Shown: in pieces, positions 20,501 through 29,512 of the stretch
Numbering within the stretch: position 1 is the first letter of the stretch
Layout of the letters: each line of letters begins with the position of its first letter
Source of the DNA: a virus
Taxonomy: Duplodnaviria > Caudoviricetes
IMG/VR virus record: IMGVR_UViG_3300035232_000808
Coordinates: 1-47,442 of that record
Reading direction: 5' to 3' (one strand)
Length of the DNA stretch: 47,442 nt
Position numbers and translations under genes: made by a program
The notes under the pieces: generated by a model
Database searches by the model: none
Told to the model about the DNA's origin: nothing
Seen by the model: the letters and a program-made list of their open reading frames with translations, nothing else

Positions 20501-23500
20501 AGTCCAAACAACGAATTTGGAACTAAACGTCCAACAGCAGGTGCTTATGCATCACTAGATCCAGGTTGGGGTCCAGATGATACTAGAGTATGGATTAGTG
20601 CAAGATCACCGTATATGCAAAACTGTTCATGTTTTGGTAATGCGGCAATAGGTCAAAAAATTGACGGCGCATTACACAATGGTGGTAATGACTCAATGGT
20701 ATCAAATGACTTTACACAGGTTATTAGTGATGGTATTGGTGCATGGATTACAAACAACGGCAGAGCAGAGCTTGTGTCAGTGTTTACATACTACTCACAT
20801 ATTGGGTACTTGGCAGAGAATGGCGGACGTATACGTGCAACAAACGGTAACAACTCATATGGTAGCTTTGGTTCAGTAGCAGAAGGCGTTGATCCAGATG
20901 AACTTCCAGTAACTGGTATTGTTGATAACGTATCGCAATATAATGCTACAATTGGTAACGTTGTTACAGATACTGATAGTTTGCTTTCATTAGAATATTC
21001 ACATGCTGGTAATGGCTATACAGAAGCGGCAGTTAATATATTTGGAGCAGGTACAGGTGAAGTTCTAGTAGCAGATGAATTTAGAGACGGTGGAGTTAAC
21101 AGAGTTAAAGTTGACGAAACAACTCCAGGTACAGCTGGTGGATCATCATACACTGTAGTATCCAACACTGCACAAACAGGTACTACTACAAGTATTAACT
21201 TAGCGGCAACAGATGGTGCTATATCAAGTGCGTATGTTGGAATGAGAGTTTATATTACAGGTGGTGCGGCAGTTGGACAATACGGAACAATTTTAAATTA
21301 TAATTCAGGTTCAAAACTTGCTAATGTATTAAAGAATGATGGTACAGCAGGTTGGGAACACGTTATACCAGGAACAGCAGTTATTGCTCCTAATGGATCT
21401 TCGACTTATCAAGTAGAACCACACGTAGAGTTTAGTGCTCCTTCAAATACACAAACTGATTATGGATCACTATCAGGTAGCGGTAGTCATCAATTAATGC
21501 ATTACTTTGAAACATCTGCACAATATGTAAATATTGCTACAACAACAAACGCTGATGGTAGTGGAGCAACATTTGATGTAACACGTAATGGCGAAAAATA
21601 TTATGTAACAATTAACGGTACAGGACAAGAATATGTACGTAACAATACTGTAACTATTCCAGGTACATCAGTAGGCGGTGCAAGTCCGTTAAATGATGTT
21701 ACTGTAACATTAACAACAATTGATGCGGCAGACGGATCAATAGTTGACTTTGATATTTCAGGTATTGCAGAAAAAGGCGCTTACATACTACTACAACAAA
21801 GTGGTGCAACGTACAATACAAGTATTAACGGCGAATCATGGAGTACTTCAACATTATCTGGAGCAGGAATTGCTTCAAGAAGCGCGGCATCAGGTTTATT
21901 AGATGATGGTTCATCTACATATAAACCAAGTGCAATGGTTGTTGTAGGTGCAGGCACACAATCAGCACAGTACTCAGCAGACGGTGATAACTGGGCAACA
22001 GTTAACGTAGGTGCTAACTTTGCATCAGGTGATAATGCAGTAGCGTTTGGTGGAAGTGCATTTGTTGTAATTAACCCAAATACAACTGATACAGTATACA
22101 GTTTAAATGGCGGCGCAAGTTGGACAACAGGCGGTGCATTACCAGGATCAGGATATCAAAGAATTGCATATGGTATGGGATTATTTGTAGCAATGGATCC
22201 AGGAACTACTAATATTTCTTGGAGTGATGACTTAGGTTTAACATGGAATGCAGTAAGTGATGTTACTGGACTAACAGCAAGAAATTGGTTAGATGTTACT
22301 TGGGGTAATGGTAGATTTGTTGCTGTTGATAACAACGGTAATACAGCAGTTAGTTTCAACGGCGATGTATGGTTAGACGGCGGTAGTTTCTCAACTAGTA
22401 CAATGACTAATGTACAAATAGCATACGGACAAGGTGTGTTTGTAACAGGCGGTGCTAACAGTGGTGGACAAACTTGGTACTCAGAAGACGGTATTAACTT
22501 TAGCCCATTAGGTAACGGTAATCCTGCACAACTAGTATCATTTGGTAATCCACAACAAAAAGGTAGATTTGTACAAGCAGGACTATCAGGTACTGATACT
22601 ACTGTTGCAGAGATTGGTGCTAGAGCTAGAGGCAGAGCAAGTGTTGCAAGTGAAAAAGTATTTGAAATACGAATGGTAGAACCAGGTAGTAACTATGATG
22701 CAGGAAGCCCACCAACACTAACACTTACAGATCCAGGAAACATTGATGATGTTGAACTGATTGTTAGAGTAGCAAATGGTGCATTAGCTAACCCAACTTA
22801 TGTTAATAGAGGTACTAACTTTATACAAGCAAGTGCAGAAATTAATGATGATAATTCAAACGGTGGAGCAGACTTCTTCCAAAGTGGACAGTTTGTTGCA
22901 GTAAGTCGTTTAACAAAACGTCCAGTAAGTGGTTCAAACGTAACGTTTGATACTATACCTGGCAAGACGTTTAAACTAGTTAATACAGTGTCGTTTAGAG
23001 GACTAAATGACGGTTCGTATACAGCGTTCTTACAGTTATCACCACAAATGAGTATTTCAGATGCTCCAATAGATAAAGACCCAGTAACAATGCGTATTAG
23101 ATTTAGTCAAGTACGTTTAACAGGACATGACTTCCTAGACATTGGTACAGGTGGATTTACAAGTACCAATTATCCAGGCTTACCACTTATACAGCCAGAC
23201 GCTAATAAAGAAACACAAGATGCTAACGGCGGACGAGTGTTCTTTACAAGTACTGACCAAGATGGTAACTTTAGAGTTGGTGACTTGTTCCAAATTGAAC
23301 AGGCAACAGGTGTTGCAACATTGAACGCTGATGCGTTTAACATTGCAGGACTACAAGAACTTACACTAGGTGAAGTTACACTTGGTGGTAATTCGGCGGC
23401 GGTTAGTGAATTTAGTACAGACCCGTTCTTTACTGCAAACAGTGATAGTGTTGTACCAACACAGCGAGCAGTTAAGGCATACATCGAAGCACAAATTGGT

Positions 23501-23668
23501 GGAGGTGGCGCACAGCTGAACGTGAACAGTGTTACAGCTGGTGATATCTTTGTAAATACCAATCAAATTACAACGGTGTCCGGAGAGAAGATAAATATCA
23601 ATGCGAACGTAAACTTTACTAAGACTGTACTTGGTTTACCAATAGCATACAACTATTTCTTGAGATAA
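17555..23668 (+). CDS. Giant virion protein, C-terminal part of the split paralog; five phycobiliprotein-like helical repeats, beta-helix core, BNR-like propeller
   Basis: 2037 aa with SD GGAGG. Resumes homology to 10021 at VRVATGSY..GDELRAT and shares LDPGWGPDD, IDGALHNGGN, ATNGNNSYG, GHDFLDIGTG and STDQDGNFR. Confidence 0.85.
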   Translation: MATINDSITALGKIVTDAITAGDTSTLPEKAVRTTLVRVATGSYKEVLPIMVPAECCVMGDELRATNVQPRTVYNSPDLTPKTDFWYSYAGMNRMENIIGDVVSGVAVTPTTGNALDQNQTWPYTENPQAKNATIDLARNIKRRSDIGLGLKHEVRKTLPRPADMGTPANGHARDLIWRNVEFLKSEVTSYLTAEYEDLDYSRTKCKQDVGFIIDALAYDLTYGGNWQTQNAGLAYYNGASGTLQIDSEELTATLAVYNYLKGLMQTVQRNITVTPVYQTIDAQITGEGGGASQSTTIGTLIDDMLDIVQNGPGQASITYPALVGVAADRLTANTNVQNGLASIQETTIDFIAKNFGSFKYDAGKCRRDLNYILSDISYDMVFNTNYNAVYDGIAYQRANSQYLLSAQKKETIGAIRHARNLMVPNIADATAKARFESGMNEVVDVLRNGTLSASEPGDGVADALVFTNPTGGAAADINAKNLLVANRAFIQADVVAYIENTYNSPPGSFVYSSSKCSRDMGYIVDALTYDVLYGTNMASVRTAHSYFVNGTTQVYGQEAETVAAYNHAKSIMSQIVQEATVTAQAGNAELQTTLGNASTAGVATEIGGLIDIISDAITAGNTTGLPTIVYPTITGESAALQTAHAAVATNQAQNIVDVIQYISDTYNDFNYNHAKCQRDLGLLIDAARYDWMLGTEYATVIAAYSYLRRPSAKVTGDQKDATLAANEYARGKFQELVDGVSVTASESLEKSWEWIQDTIWAGSSEGGNRAVEDQEVFNAIRMLELNKNFIAEEVVAYVEDFFQAQVTATMGANPGGTSDFQTIADTSWLEIGMPVRYSIQSGDTETDLQQNISIQDETYYVREVLSNTDFRVEDINNNIASFTETSTTYTIKKEYAYNQATCKRDVREYVDAIKWDLQWPQEFERSYTDGVTLYRPGAYKSRMAVRYYVNSVLGSQEEDFYYMRNGTGLRLQSLDGLNGDLSPNNEFGTKRPTAGAYASLDPGWGPDDTRVWISARSPYMQNCSCFGNAAIGQKIDGALHNGGNDSMVSNDFTQVISDGIGAWITNNGRAELVSVFTYYSHIGYLAENGGRIRATNGNNSYGSFGSVAEGVDPDELPVTGIVDNVSQYNATIGNVVTDTDSLLSLEYSHAGNGYTEAAVNIFGAGTGEVLVADEFRDGGVNRVKVDETTPGTAGGSSYTVVSNTAQTGTTTSINLAATDGAISSAYVGMRVYITGGAAVGQYGTILNYNSGSKLANVLKNDGTAGWEHVIPGTAVIAPNGSSTYQVEPHVEFSAPSNTQTDYGSLSGSGSHQLMHYFETSAQYVNIATTTNADGSGATFDVTRNGEKYYVTINGTGQEYVRNNTVTIPGTSVGGASPLNDVTVTLTTIDAADGSIVDFDISGIAEKGAYILLQQSGATYNTSINGESWSTSTLSGAGIASRSAASGLLDDGSSTYKPSAMVVVGAGTQSAQYSADGDNWATVNVGANFASGDNAVAFGGSAFVVINPNTTDTVYSLNGGASWTTGGALPGSGYQRIAYGMGLFVAMDPGTTNISWSDDLGLTWNAVSDVTGLTARNWLDVTWGNGRFVAVDNNGNTAVSFNGDVWLDGGSFSTSTMTNVQIAYGQGVFVTGGANSGGQTWYSEDGINFSPLGNGNPAQLVSFGNPQQKGRFVQAGLSGTDTTVAEIGARARGRASVASEKVFEIRMVEPGSNYDAGSPPTLTLTDPGNIDDVELIVRVANGALANPTYVNRGTNFIQASAEINDDNSNGGADFFQSGQFVAVSRLTKRPVSGSNVTFDTIPGKTFKLVNTVSFRGLNDGSYTAFLQLSPQMSISDAPIDKDPVTMRIRFSQVRLTGHDFLDIGTGGFTSTNYPGLPLIQPDANKETQDANGGRVFFTSTDQDGNFRVGDLFQIEQATGVATLNADAFNIAGLQELTLGEVTLGGNSAAVSEFSTDPFFTANSDSVVPTQRAVKAYIEAQIGGGGAQLNVNSVTAGDIFVNTNQITTVSGEKININANVNFTKTVLGLPIAYNYFLR
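18060..20410 (+). repeat. Tandem ~150-160-aa helical repeats carrying (K/T)-C-x-(R/Q)-D
   Basis: Cys codons at 18170, 18650, 19103, 19583 and 20261: KCKQDVG, KCRRDLN, KCSRDMG, KCQRDLG, TCKRDVR. Confidence 0.85.
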
Positions 23669-23684
23669 GATAGGAGCATAAAAA

Positions 23685-24005
23685 ATGTCAAATGGAGTAT
23701 TAGGAGCAAGTGACTTATCAGCGGCAACAGATACAATTGTGTATACCGTTCCAACTGATACATTTGCAGTAATAACTATTAACATAGTTAACAGGGGATC
23801 CAGTACAGCTACAATAAGAGTAGCATTAGCAACTGCGAATACCCCAAACAACAGCGAATACATTGAGTATGAAGCACAAGTATTACCCGGCGGTGTACTT
23901 GAAAGAACTGGTGTCGTTGTTGAAGCAGATCGTAACGTAATTGTTAGATCCAGTGCCGCAAGCGCAGGAGCTATGGTGTACGGTTTAGAAACAGCAACAG
24001 CATAA
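23685..24005 (+). CDS. Small beta-rich virion adaptor-like protein (paralog of 9243..9572)
   Basis: 106 aa with SD AGGAG. VYTVPTDT..N..LPGGVLERTGVV..VRSS resembles the 9243 product. Confidence 0.7.
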   Translation: MSNGVLGASDLSAATDTIVYTVPTDTFAVITINIVNRGSSTATIRVALATANTPNNSEYIEYEAQVLPGGVLERTGVVVEADRNVIVRSSAASAGAMVYGLETATA

Positions 24006-24018
24006 TAGGGAAAGTATA

Positions 24019-24471
24019 ATGGGCAGAAATGTTAGTTTAGGAATATATCCGAGTAATTTGAAAACACTAATTGGTAGACAGTCTGATAGACCGGCATCTA
24101 CTAACGCTGGTGTTCAATTTTACAACACTGATACTGATCAGTTAGAAATTTATAACGGAGACGGCTGGCATCCTGTTAGAGACACTCTAGCTATAGCGGC
24201 TGTTAATAGTAATAGTAATTTAGTATCTAATAGAAATTATTGGGTTACAGGTAGCGGGTTAACACTTACACTACCTTCAGCACCTAATGCATACGATACT
24301 ATTAAAATTACAGATACCACTGGTAATATTCAAGCATCAAATCTTACTATTGCACGTAACGGCAAAAATATTATGGGCCAAGCTGATAATATGTTGCTAG
24401 ATACAAATGGTGCATCAGTAACGTTAGTATACTATGATACTAGTCGAGGCTGGACATTAGAGGCAATTTAA
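24019..24471 (+). CDS. Baseplate/fibre connector-like protein (T4 gp9/gp10/gp34-repeat-like domain)
   Basis: The pattern LTLPSAPxxxDTIKIxDxxG...TIARNGxxIMG...LVYxxxxxGW resembles T4 fibre-attachment domains. It also has an N-terminal FYNTDxxxLEIYNGxxW fibre motif. Confidence 0.55.
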   Translation: MGRNVSLGIYPSNLKTLIGRQSDRPASTNAGVQFYNTDTDQLEIYNGDGWHPVRDTLAIAAVNSNSNLVSNRNYWVTGSGLTLTLPSAPNAYDTIKITDTTGNIQASNLTIARNGKNIMGQADNMLLDTNGASVTLVYYDTSRGWTLEAI

Positions 24472-24484
24472 GGATAATAGTAAT

Positions 24485-25333
24485 ATGGCGTTTAGTTATC
24501 AATCACTAAAAAGACTAACTGGAAACTCGTTTTTATCAGAAACTATTAGCACAGCAAACTTAGCTGATACAACTGTTGATACGGGTACAGTAGCAAACAA
24601 TGCAGTTACTTCTGGTAAACTTGCTAATAGTTCAGTTAATGTAACGACTAATGTTGTTACAGGAACATTACCTATTGCAAAGGGCGGACTAGGTACTAGT
24701 AGTTTTAGTGGTGCTAATCAGGCAATTACAAGTAACGGTTCAGGACTGTCTACTACACCACATGGTATATACGGAATGCAAGTTTGGACTAGTGGCGGTA
24801 CTTGGAGTAGACCAAGTAATGTTAGATACATCAAAGTGCAAGTACAAGCATCAGGTGGTGGCGCAAGTGGACATGGCGAAAGCGGCGGCGCAGGTGGATA
24901 CTCAGAACGTATTTTAAGTGTTACTGGTATTAGTTCAGTTAGTATTAGTATTAGTGGCGAAGGTAGCGGAACATATTATTCAGGTGCAGGCGGCAACGCA
25001 GGCGGCACATCATTTGGCAACTATTGTAGTGCAAGTGGTGGATATGGCGCTAATAGAAATAATCAGCACTCCGGCGGATTAGGCGGATTAGGCTCAGGCG
25101 GAAATGTAAATTTATATAGCGGTGGCGGCGGTAGTCATCACCAGCGAACAGGTTTAGGGGGTAGTAGTTACTGGGGTGGCGCTATTGCTGGAGGTCACCC
25201 ACAAGGTGGTCATTTCAGTCATAGACACGAAGGTCACGGAGCTCCAGGCGCAGGTGGATCAGGTGGTTACTTTACAGGACACCGAGGTTCAAATGGGATT
25301 AGAGGAATGGTTGTTGTGACCATGTATTATTAA
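24485..25333 (+). CDS. Glycine-rich fibre-tip/adhesin-like protein 1
   Basis: 282 aa. VTxxKLA stalk repeats followed by a WxRPxxVRYIKVQVQxxGGG glycine-rich domain and GHPQGGHFSHRHE. Confidence 0.75.
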   Translation: MAFSYQSLKRLTGNSFLSETISTANLADTTVDTGTVANNAVTSGKLANSSVNVTTNVVTGTLPIAKGGLGTSSFSGANQAITSNGSGLSTTPHGIYGMQVWTSGGTWSRPSNVRYIKVQVQASGGGASGHGESGGAGGYSERILSVTGISSVSISISGEGSGTYYSGAGGNAGGTSFGNYCSASGGYGANRNNQHSGGLGGLGSGGNVNLYSGGGGSHHQRTGLGGSSYWGGAIAGGHPQGGHFSHRHEGHGAPGAGGSGGYFTGHRGSNGIRGMVVVTMYY

Positions 25334-25345
25334 TAAGGACTTATA

Positions 25346-26200
25346 ATGGCATTTAGTTATCAGACATTAAAACGTATAACAGGGGCAGGGATTGTAGATG
25401 ATACATTAACTGCGGCAGACCTTGCAGACGGACTTGTTAGTAATCAAAAGATTGTTGGTGCTAACATAACAGCCGCTAAATTAGATACAAATGCAGTAGA
25501 CATGGGATCAAATGTTGTTACAGGAACAACACCTACTAGCAAAGGCGGAACTGGTAGAACAACAGTTGGCAGTGCAAACCAGTTATTTACAGTTAACAAT
25601 GCAGGCAATGGTACAACATTTAGTAACCACGGTATATACGGAATGAGTGTGTATACAGGCGGCGGTACTTGGAGTAAACCAAGTGGTGTTAGATACATTA
25701 AAGTGCAAGTACAAGGCGCTGGTGGTGCAGGTTCAGGACACGGTGAAAGTGGTGGATCAGGTGGATACTCAGAAAGAATTATTGACGTAACTGGCGTAAG
25801 TTCAGTTAGTGTAAGCGTAGGCGGTGCAAGTTCAGGAACATATTATTCGGGTGCAGGTGGTAATGCCGCAGGCTCATCGTTTGGTAATTACTGTAGTGCA
25901 AGTGGCGGCTACGGAGCAAATAGAAATAACCAACACTCAGGCGGACTTGGCGGTGTAGGTTCAGGTGGAACAGTAAACATTTACGGCGGTGGTGGACAAG
26001 CACACCACACACGTTCGTCAGTAGGTGGACAGAATTTTTGGGGAGGAGCAGTTGCGGCTGGTCACCCACAAGGTGGACATTTTAGTCACAGGCACGAAAG
26101 CCATGCATCTCCGGGTGCAGGTGGATCAGGCGGTTACTTTACAGGACATCGCGGAGCAAACGGCAGAAGCGGCATGGTAGTTGTCGTTATGTACTACTAA
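25346..26200 (+). CDS. Glycine-rich fibre-tip/adhesin-like protein 2
   Basis: 284 aa, collinear paralog of 24485..25333, SD AAGGA. Confidence 0.75.
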   Translation: MAFSYQTLKRITGAGIVDDTLTAADLADGLVSNQKIVGANITAAKLDTNAVDMGSNVVTGTTPTSKGGTGRTTVGSANQLFTVNNAGNGTTFSNHGIYGMSVYTGGGTWSKPSGVRYIKVQVQGAGGAGSGHGESGGSGGYSERIIDVTGVSSVSVSVGGASSGTYYSGAGGNAAGSSFGNYCSASGGYGANRNNQHSGGLGGVGSGGTVNIYGGGGQAHHTRSSVGGQNFWGGAVAAGHPQGGHFSHRHESHASPGAGGSGGYFTGHRGANGRSGMVVVVMYY

Positions 26201-26204
26201 AGGA

Positions 26205-26212
26205 TATAAATA
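26205..26212 (+). promoter_or_regulatory. T4-type late promoter TATAAATA
   Basis: Exact consensus, 4 nt before ATG 26217. Confidence 0.55.
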
Positions 26213-26216
26213 CGTT

Positions 26217-27071
26217 ATGGCATTCAATTATCAATCACTAAAGAGATTAACAAATTCCGCTGTATTAACGGGTACAATTACACGTGACGATATTGCCTCT
26301 GGACAAGTAGACAATACTAAACTTGCAGGTGGATCTGTAACATCAGACAAATTAGCTAATAACTCTGTTGATTTAGCTAGTAATAAAGTTACTGGAACTA
26401 CACCGTTATCTAAAGGTGGTACAGCTTTAACATCAGTAGGTGCTACTGGAACATCATTAGCGGCTAATAGTGCAGGCAACGGATTTCAATATAGTGAATA
26501 TGGTATTAGAAGTATGCAAGTGTTTACAGGTGGCGGAACTTGGAATAGACCAAGTGGCGTTAGATATGTACACGTTCAAGTACAAGCATCAGGAGGTGGC
26601 GGCGGCGGACACGGCGAAAGTGGTGGCGCAGGTGGCTATTCAGAAAGAATTATTGACGTAACTGGTATTAGTTCAGTTAGTATTAGCCTTAGTGGTTCAG
26701 GTAGTGGAACATATTATTCCGGTGCTGCCGGCAATGCAGGCGGAACATCATTTGGTAATTACTGTAGTGCAAGTGGCGGTTACGGCGCTAATAGAAACAA
26801 TCAACATTCAGGTGGATTATCTGGCGTAGGCTCAGGTGGGAATTTAAATGTTTATTGTGCAGGTGGAGGCAGTCATCACCAAAGTTTTGGTCCTGGCGGA
26901 ACTGCATATTGGGGCGGCTCGATCGCTTCAGGACACCCACAAGGTGGACACTTTAGTCACAGACACGAAGGCCATGGTGGTCGCGGCGCTGGAGGCACAG
27001 GTGGTTACTTTACAGGACACAGAGGATCAAACGGCATATCAGGAATGGTAGTTATTACGGAGTATAGATAA
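26217..27071 (+). CDS. Glycine-rich fibre-tip/adhesin-like protein 3
   Basis: Start corrected from 26181 to 26217, because MAFNYQSLKRLT matches the paralog N-termini. 284 aa. Confidence 0.75.
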   Translation: MAFNYQSLKRLTNSAVLTGTITRDDIASGQVDNTKLAGGSVTSDKLANNSVDLASNKVTGTTPLSKGGTALTSVGATGTSLAANSAGNGFQYSEYGIRSMQVFTGGGTWNRPSGVRYVHVQVQASGGGGGGHGESGGAGGYSERIIDVTGISSVSISLSGSGSGTYYSGAAGNAGGTSFGNYCSASGGYGANRNNQHSGGLSGVGSGGNLNVYCAGGGSHHQSFGPGGTAYWGGSIASGHPQGGHFSHRHEGHGGRGAGGTGGYFTGHRGSNGISGMVVITEYR

Positions 27072-27072
27072 A

Positions 27073-27600
27073 ATGAAAAAAGTATTAGTAGGGTTTCAAG
27101 GGTTCATACATCAAATAGAAAACCCAGGAGACGAGTATCCGATTTATAACGGACCGGATGCAAAATTTACGTGGGTCAACGCACCCGACGAAGTGACATT
27201 GGATTGGACATTAGAATATAGTCCAGCCCAAGAGAGATCAATATGGGTTGAAAGAGAACGCCCAGCGGCAGATAAAGAAGTTGCAAGAAAAGTTGCATAC
27301 GGAACTATCGAAGCACAACTAGATATGATATATCATGAGTTACAAGACACTGGATCATTAAGTGCAACAGGTCCTTGGGCAAGTCATATAACATTAGTTA
27401 AAAATACATTAGACGCACCAGAAGCTAGTGTTACTGCAATGAGTCCTGAGGAACAAATGGCTGTTATGGCTGTTATGGAACCATCAGCAGACGAGTTACC
27501 AAAACTATCAACTGAAAATGATCCACCGTGGATACATAGTGATGATTGGCCAGGAATGGAAGGTCAACCAGTAGATGTTCAACCTGGGGAGGAAGCATAA
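27073..27600 (+). CDS. Putative fibre assembly chaperone / fibre-associated protein
   Basis: 175 aa directly after the Gly-rich genes. RxxAYxxIxxQLDMIY...W..HI..VK resembles small proteins that follow phage fibre genes. Confidence 0.5.
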   Translation: MKKVLVGFQGFIHQIENPGDEYPIYNGPDAKFTWVNAPDEVTLDWTLEYSPAQERSIWVERERPAADKEVARKVAYGTIEAQLDMIYHELQDTGSLSATGPWASHITLVKNTLDAPEASVTAMSPEEQMAVMAVMEPSADELPKLSTENDPPWIHSDDWPGMEGQPVDVQPGEEA

Positions 27601-27824
27601 TGCCAACATTAATAGCAATAAGTCCTGTTAACATTCATAATGTAAACAAAGGTAAAGACGAAAGTGTGCCGTTAGTTAGCTTTGAAAAGAATAGTACATT
27701 AGTTGTTGAGTTATACGACTCACAAGTTACAATGACATATGATCTATCAGATAATTTGTATAAAGCAACTGGACCATTAAACGATTCTTGGACAGCAACT
27801 GGACCATCATTTAGAGTAGAATAA
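27600..27824 (+). CDS. Hypothetical protein (74 aa)
   Basis: Start corrected to ATG 27600 (TAATG overlap, SD GGAGG upstream). Confidence 0.6.
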   Translation: MPTLIAISPVNIHNVNKGKDESVPLVSFEKNSTLVVELYDSQVTMTYDLSDNLYKATGPLNDSWTATGPSFRVE

Positions 27825-27835
27825 AATACTAAAAT

Positions 27836-27862
27836 AGAGGAGAGTGCATTGCACTCTTTTCT
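27836..27862 (+). terminator. Hairpin, probable terminator ending the structural operon
   Basis: AGAGGAGAGTGC-att-GCACTCTTTTCT: 7 perfect pairs, extendable to 12 with G-U pairs, and a short T run. Lies between the structural and enzyme modules. Confidence 0.55.
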
Positions 27863-27884
27863 CGCCTCTGCAACTCTATACTTC

Positions 27885-27892
27885 TATAAATA
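27885..27892 (+). promoter_or_regulatory. T4-type late promoter TATAAATA heading the halogenase/oxygenase operon
   Basis: Exact consensus upstream of SD AGGAG and ATG 27917. Confidence 0.6.
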
Positions 27893-27916
27893 TTTGTTAG
27901 CATACAGGAGTCTTAC

Positions 27917-29512
27917 ATGAAAGTAAAAACAGTTACTATTATCGGTGGTGGTAGTTCAGGATGGATGTCAGCCGCGGCTTTAAGTAAACTTTGTCCGCAC
28001 TTAGAAGTTACAGTAGTTGAATCAAAAAATATTCCAACAGTTGGTGTAGGTGAATCAACCCTTGGCCACTTTAACACATACTTGCAACTTCTTGATCTAA
28101 AAGATGAAGATTGGATGCCAGCATGTAAAGCAACATATAAAAACAGTATAAGATTTACAAACTTTGCAAAAAATGATGGCAGATCATTTGAATATCCGTT
28201 TATATCAGGATTTGATTGGTCATATACTCCAAATGGATTACAAGACTGGGGCGAACTAGCCGCAATATATCCTGATGAATTTAATAATGAAAGTTTTGCA
28301 AAAATGTTTGCTCCTGCTAATACATTACTAGCAATGCATAATAAAGAAGATAACAATGCTGAAGGAAACTTAGGACCAAATTATGACTTTGCAAATGATA
28401 CAGCTTATCATTTAGATGCACAGTTATTTGGTCAATATTTAAAAGAAACTATATGTATACCAAATGGTGTTAAAGTTATTGAAAACACAATACACTCTTA
28501 TGATGTAGATGAGAAAGAAAACATTACTAAAATACTGTGCAAAGATGGAAGTACACTATATTCTGACTTATGGTTAGATTGTACAGGATTTCAATCACTG
28601 CTATTAGAAAAATGGATGGGCGAGGAGTTTATGCCATTTGAAAACAAATTAGCAAATGATGCCGCTTGGGCAGTTAGAATTCCTTATACAGATAGAGAAA
28701 CACAATTAGAAAATGTAACTGATTGTACAGCATTAGAAAATGGGTGGGTTTGGAATATTCCGTTATGGGATAGAATTGGTACTGGTTATGTGTTTAGTAC
28801 TAGATTTATAGAACCGCAAACTGCACTTAGAGATTTTTTAAAGCATTTAAGAGAACGTTATCCTGATCTCGATTTAGATACTGTAGAACCTTTTTATATT
28901 CCTATTAAGCATGGTTATAGAAGACAGGCTTGGTCAAAAAATGTAGTTGGAGTAGGACTTAGTTATGGCTTTGTAGAGCCTTTAGAATCTACAGGACTGT
29001 TAACTACACATGAAAACATCATTAAACTTGTTGACTTACTAAACAGACGAGAAGGTTATACAACACAAATTGAGCGTGATGCATTTAACGGAATGTGTCA
29101 AAAAAATGTTCTTACATTTAGAGATTTTGTTGCGTTACATTACGCAGGAAGTGGCAGAACTGATAGTCATTATTGGCGTTGGGCTACACAGAAAAATAAT
29201 TATGCTCCAACTATACTTGGACCAAGAATGATCCGTAATGCTAATTTAGAAAACTTTTTTGGAGGCGTACAGGAGCATGTAATGCTTGACGTTGATCAGG
29301 GTGCAAACTTTATTGGTGCAGGCTTAGGAGTAAAACCAATTAGCACTCCTGCGTATGTGCTAGTTAAAAATAAAGGTAATATAAAACATCTTGAACACAT
29401 AAAAAATGATTTTAATACTAACTATACAAAGTTAGAAACATATGTTAAAGGCTTACCAAGTACATATGAATATCTAAGAGACAATATTTATAAGGAATCA
29501 GATGCGGACTAA
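27917..29512 (+). CDS. Flavin-dependent halogenase (PrnA/RebH tryptophan halogenase family) 1
   Basis: GGGSSG FAD motif, GVGEST, catalytic Lys in ATYKNSIRF, DCTGF, GWVWNIP, FVEPLESTG. Confidence 0.92.
   Translation: MKVKTVTIIGGGSSGWMSAAALSKLCPHLEVTVVESKNIPTVGVGESTLGHFNTYLQLLDLKDEDWMPACKATYKNSIRFTNFAKNDGRSFEYPFISGFDWSYTPNGLQDWGELAAIYPDEFNNESFAKMFAPANTLLAMHNKEDNNAEGNLGPNYDFANDTAYHLDAQLFGQYLKETICIPNGVKVIENTIHSYDVDEKENITKILCKDGSTLYSDLWLDCTGFQSLLLEKWMGEEFMPFENKLANDAAWAVRIPYTDRETQLENVTDCTALENGWVWNIPLWDRIGTGYVFSTRFIEPQTALRDFLKHLRERYPDLDLDTVEPFYIPIKHGYRRQAWSKNVVGVGLSYGFVEPLESTGLLTTHENIIKLVDLLNRREGYTTQIERDAFNGMCQKNVLTFRDFVALHYAGSGRTDSHYWRWATQKNNYAPTILGPRMIRNANLENFFGGVQEHVMLDVDQGANFIGAGLGVKPISTPAYVLVKNKGNIKHLEHIKNDFNTNYTKLETYVKGLPSTYEYLRDNIYKESDAD

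Noticed and set aside
24485-27071. Diversity-generating retroelement template/variable repeats, or RiPP/bacteriocin precursors
   Set aside because: No reverse transcriptase is present and the differences are mainly synonymous rather than visibly adenine-specific. The proteins are full-length fibre-type with stalk repeats, not short leader-core peptides.
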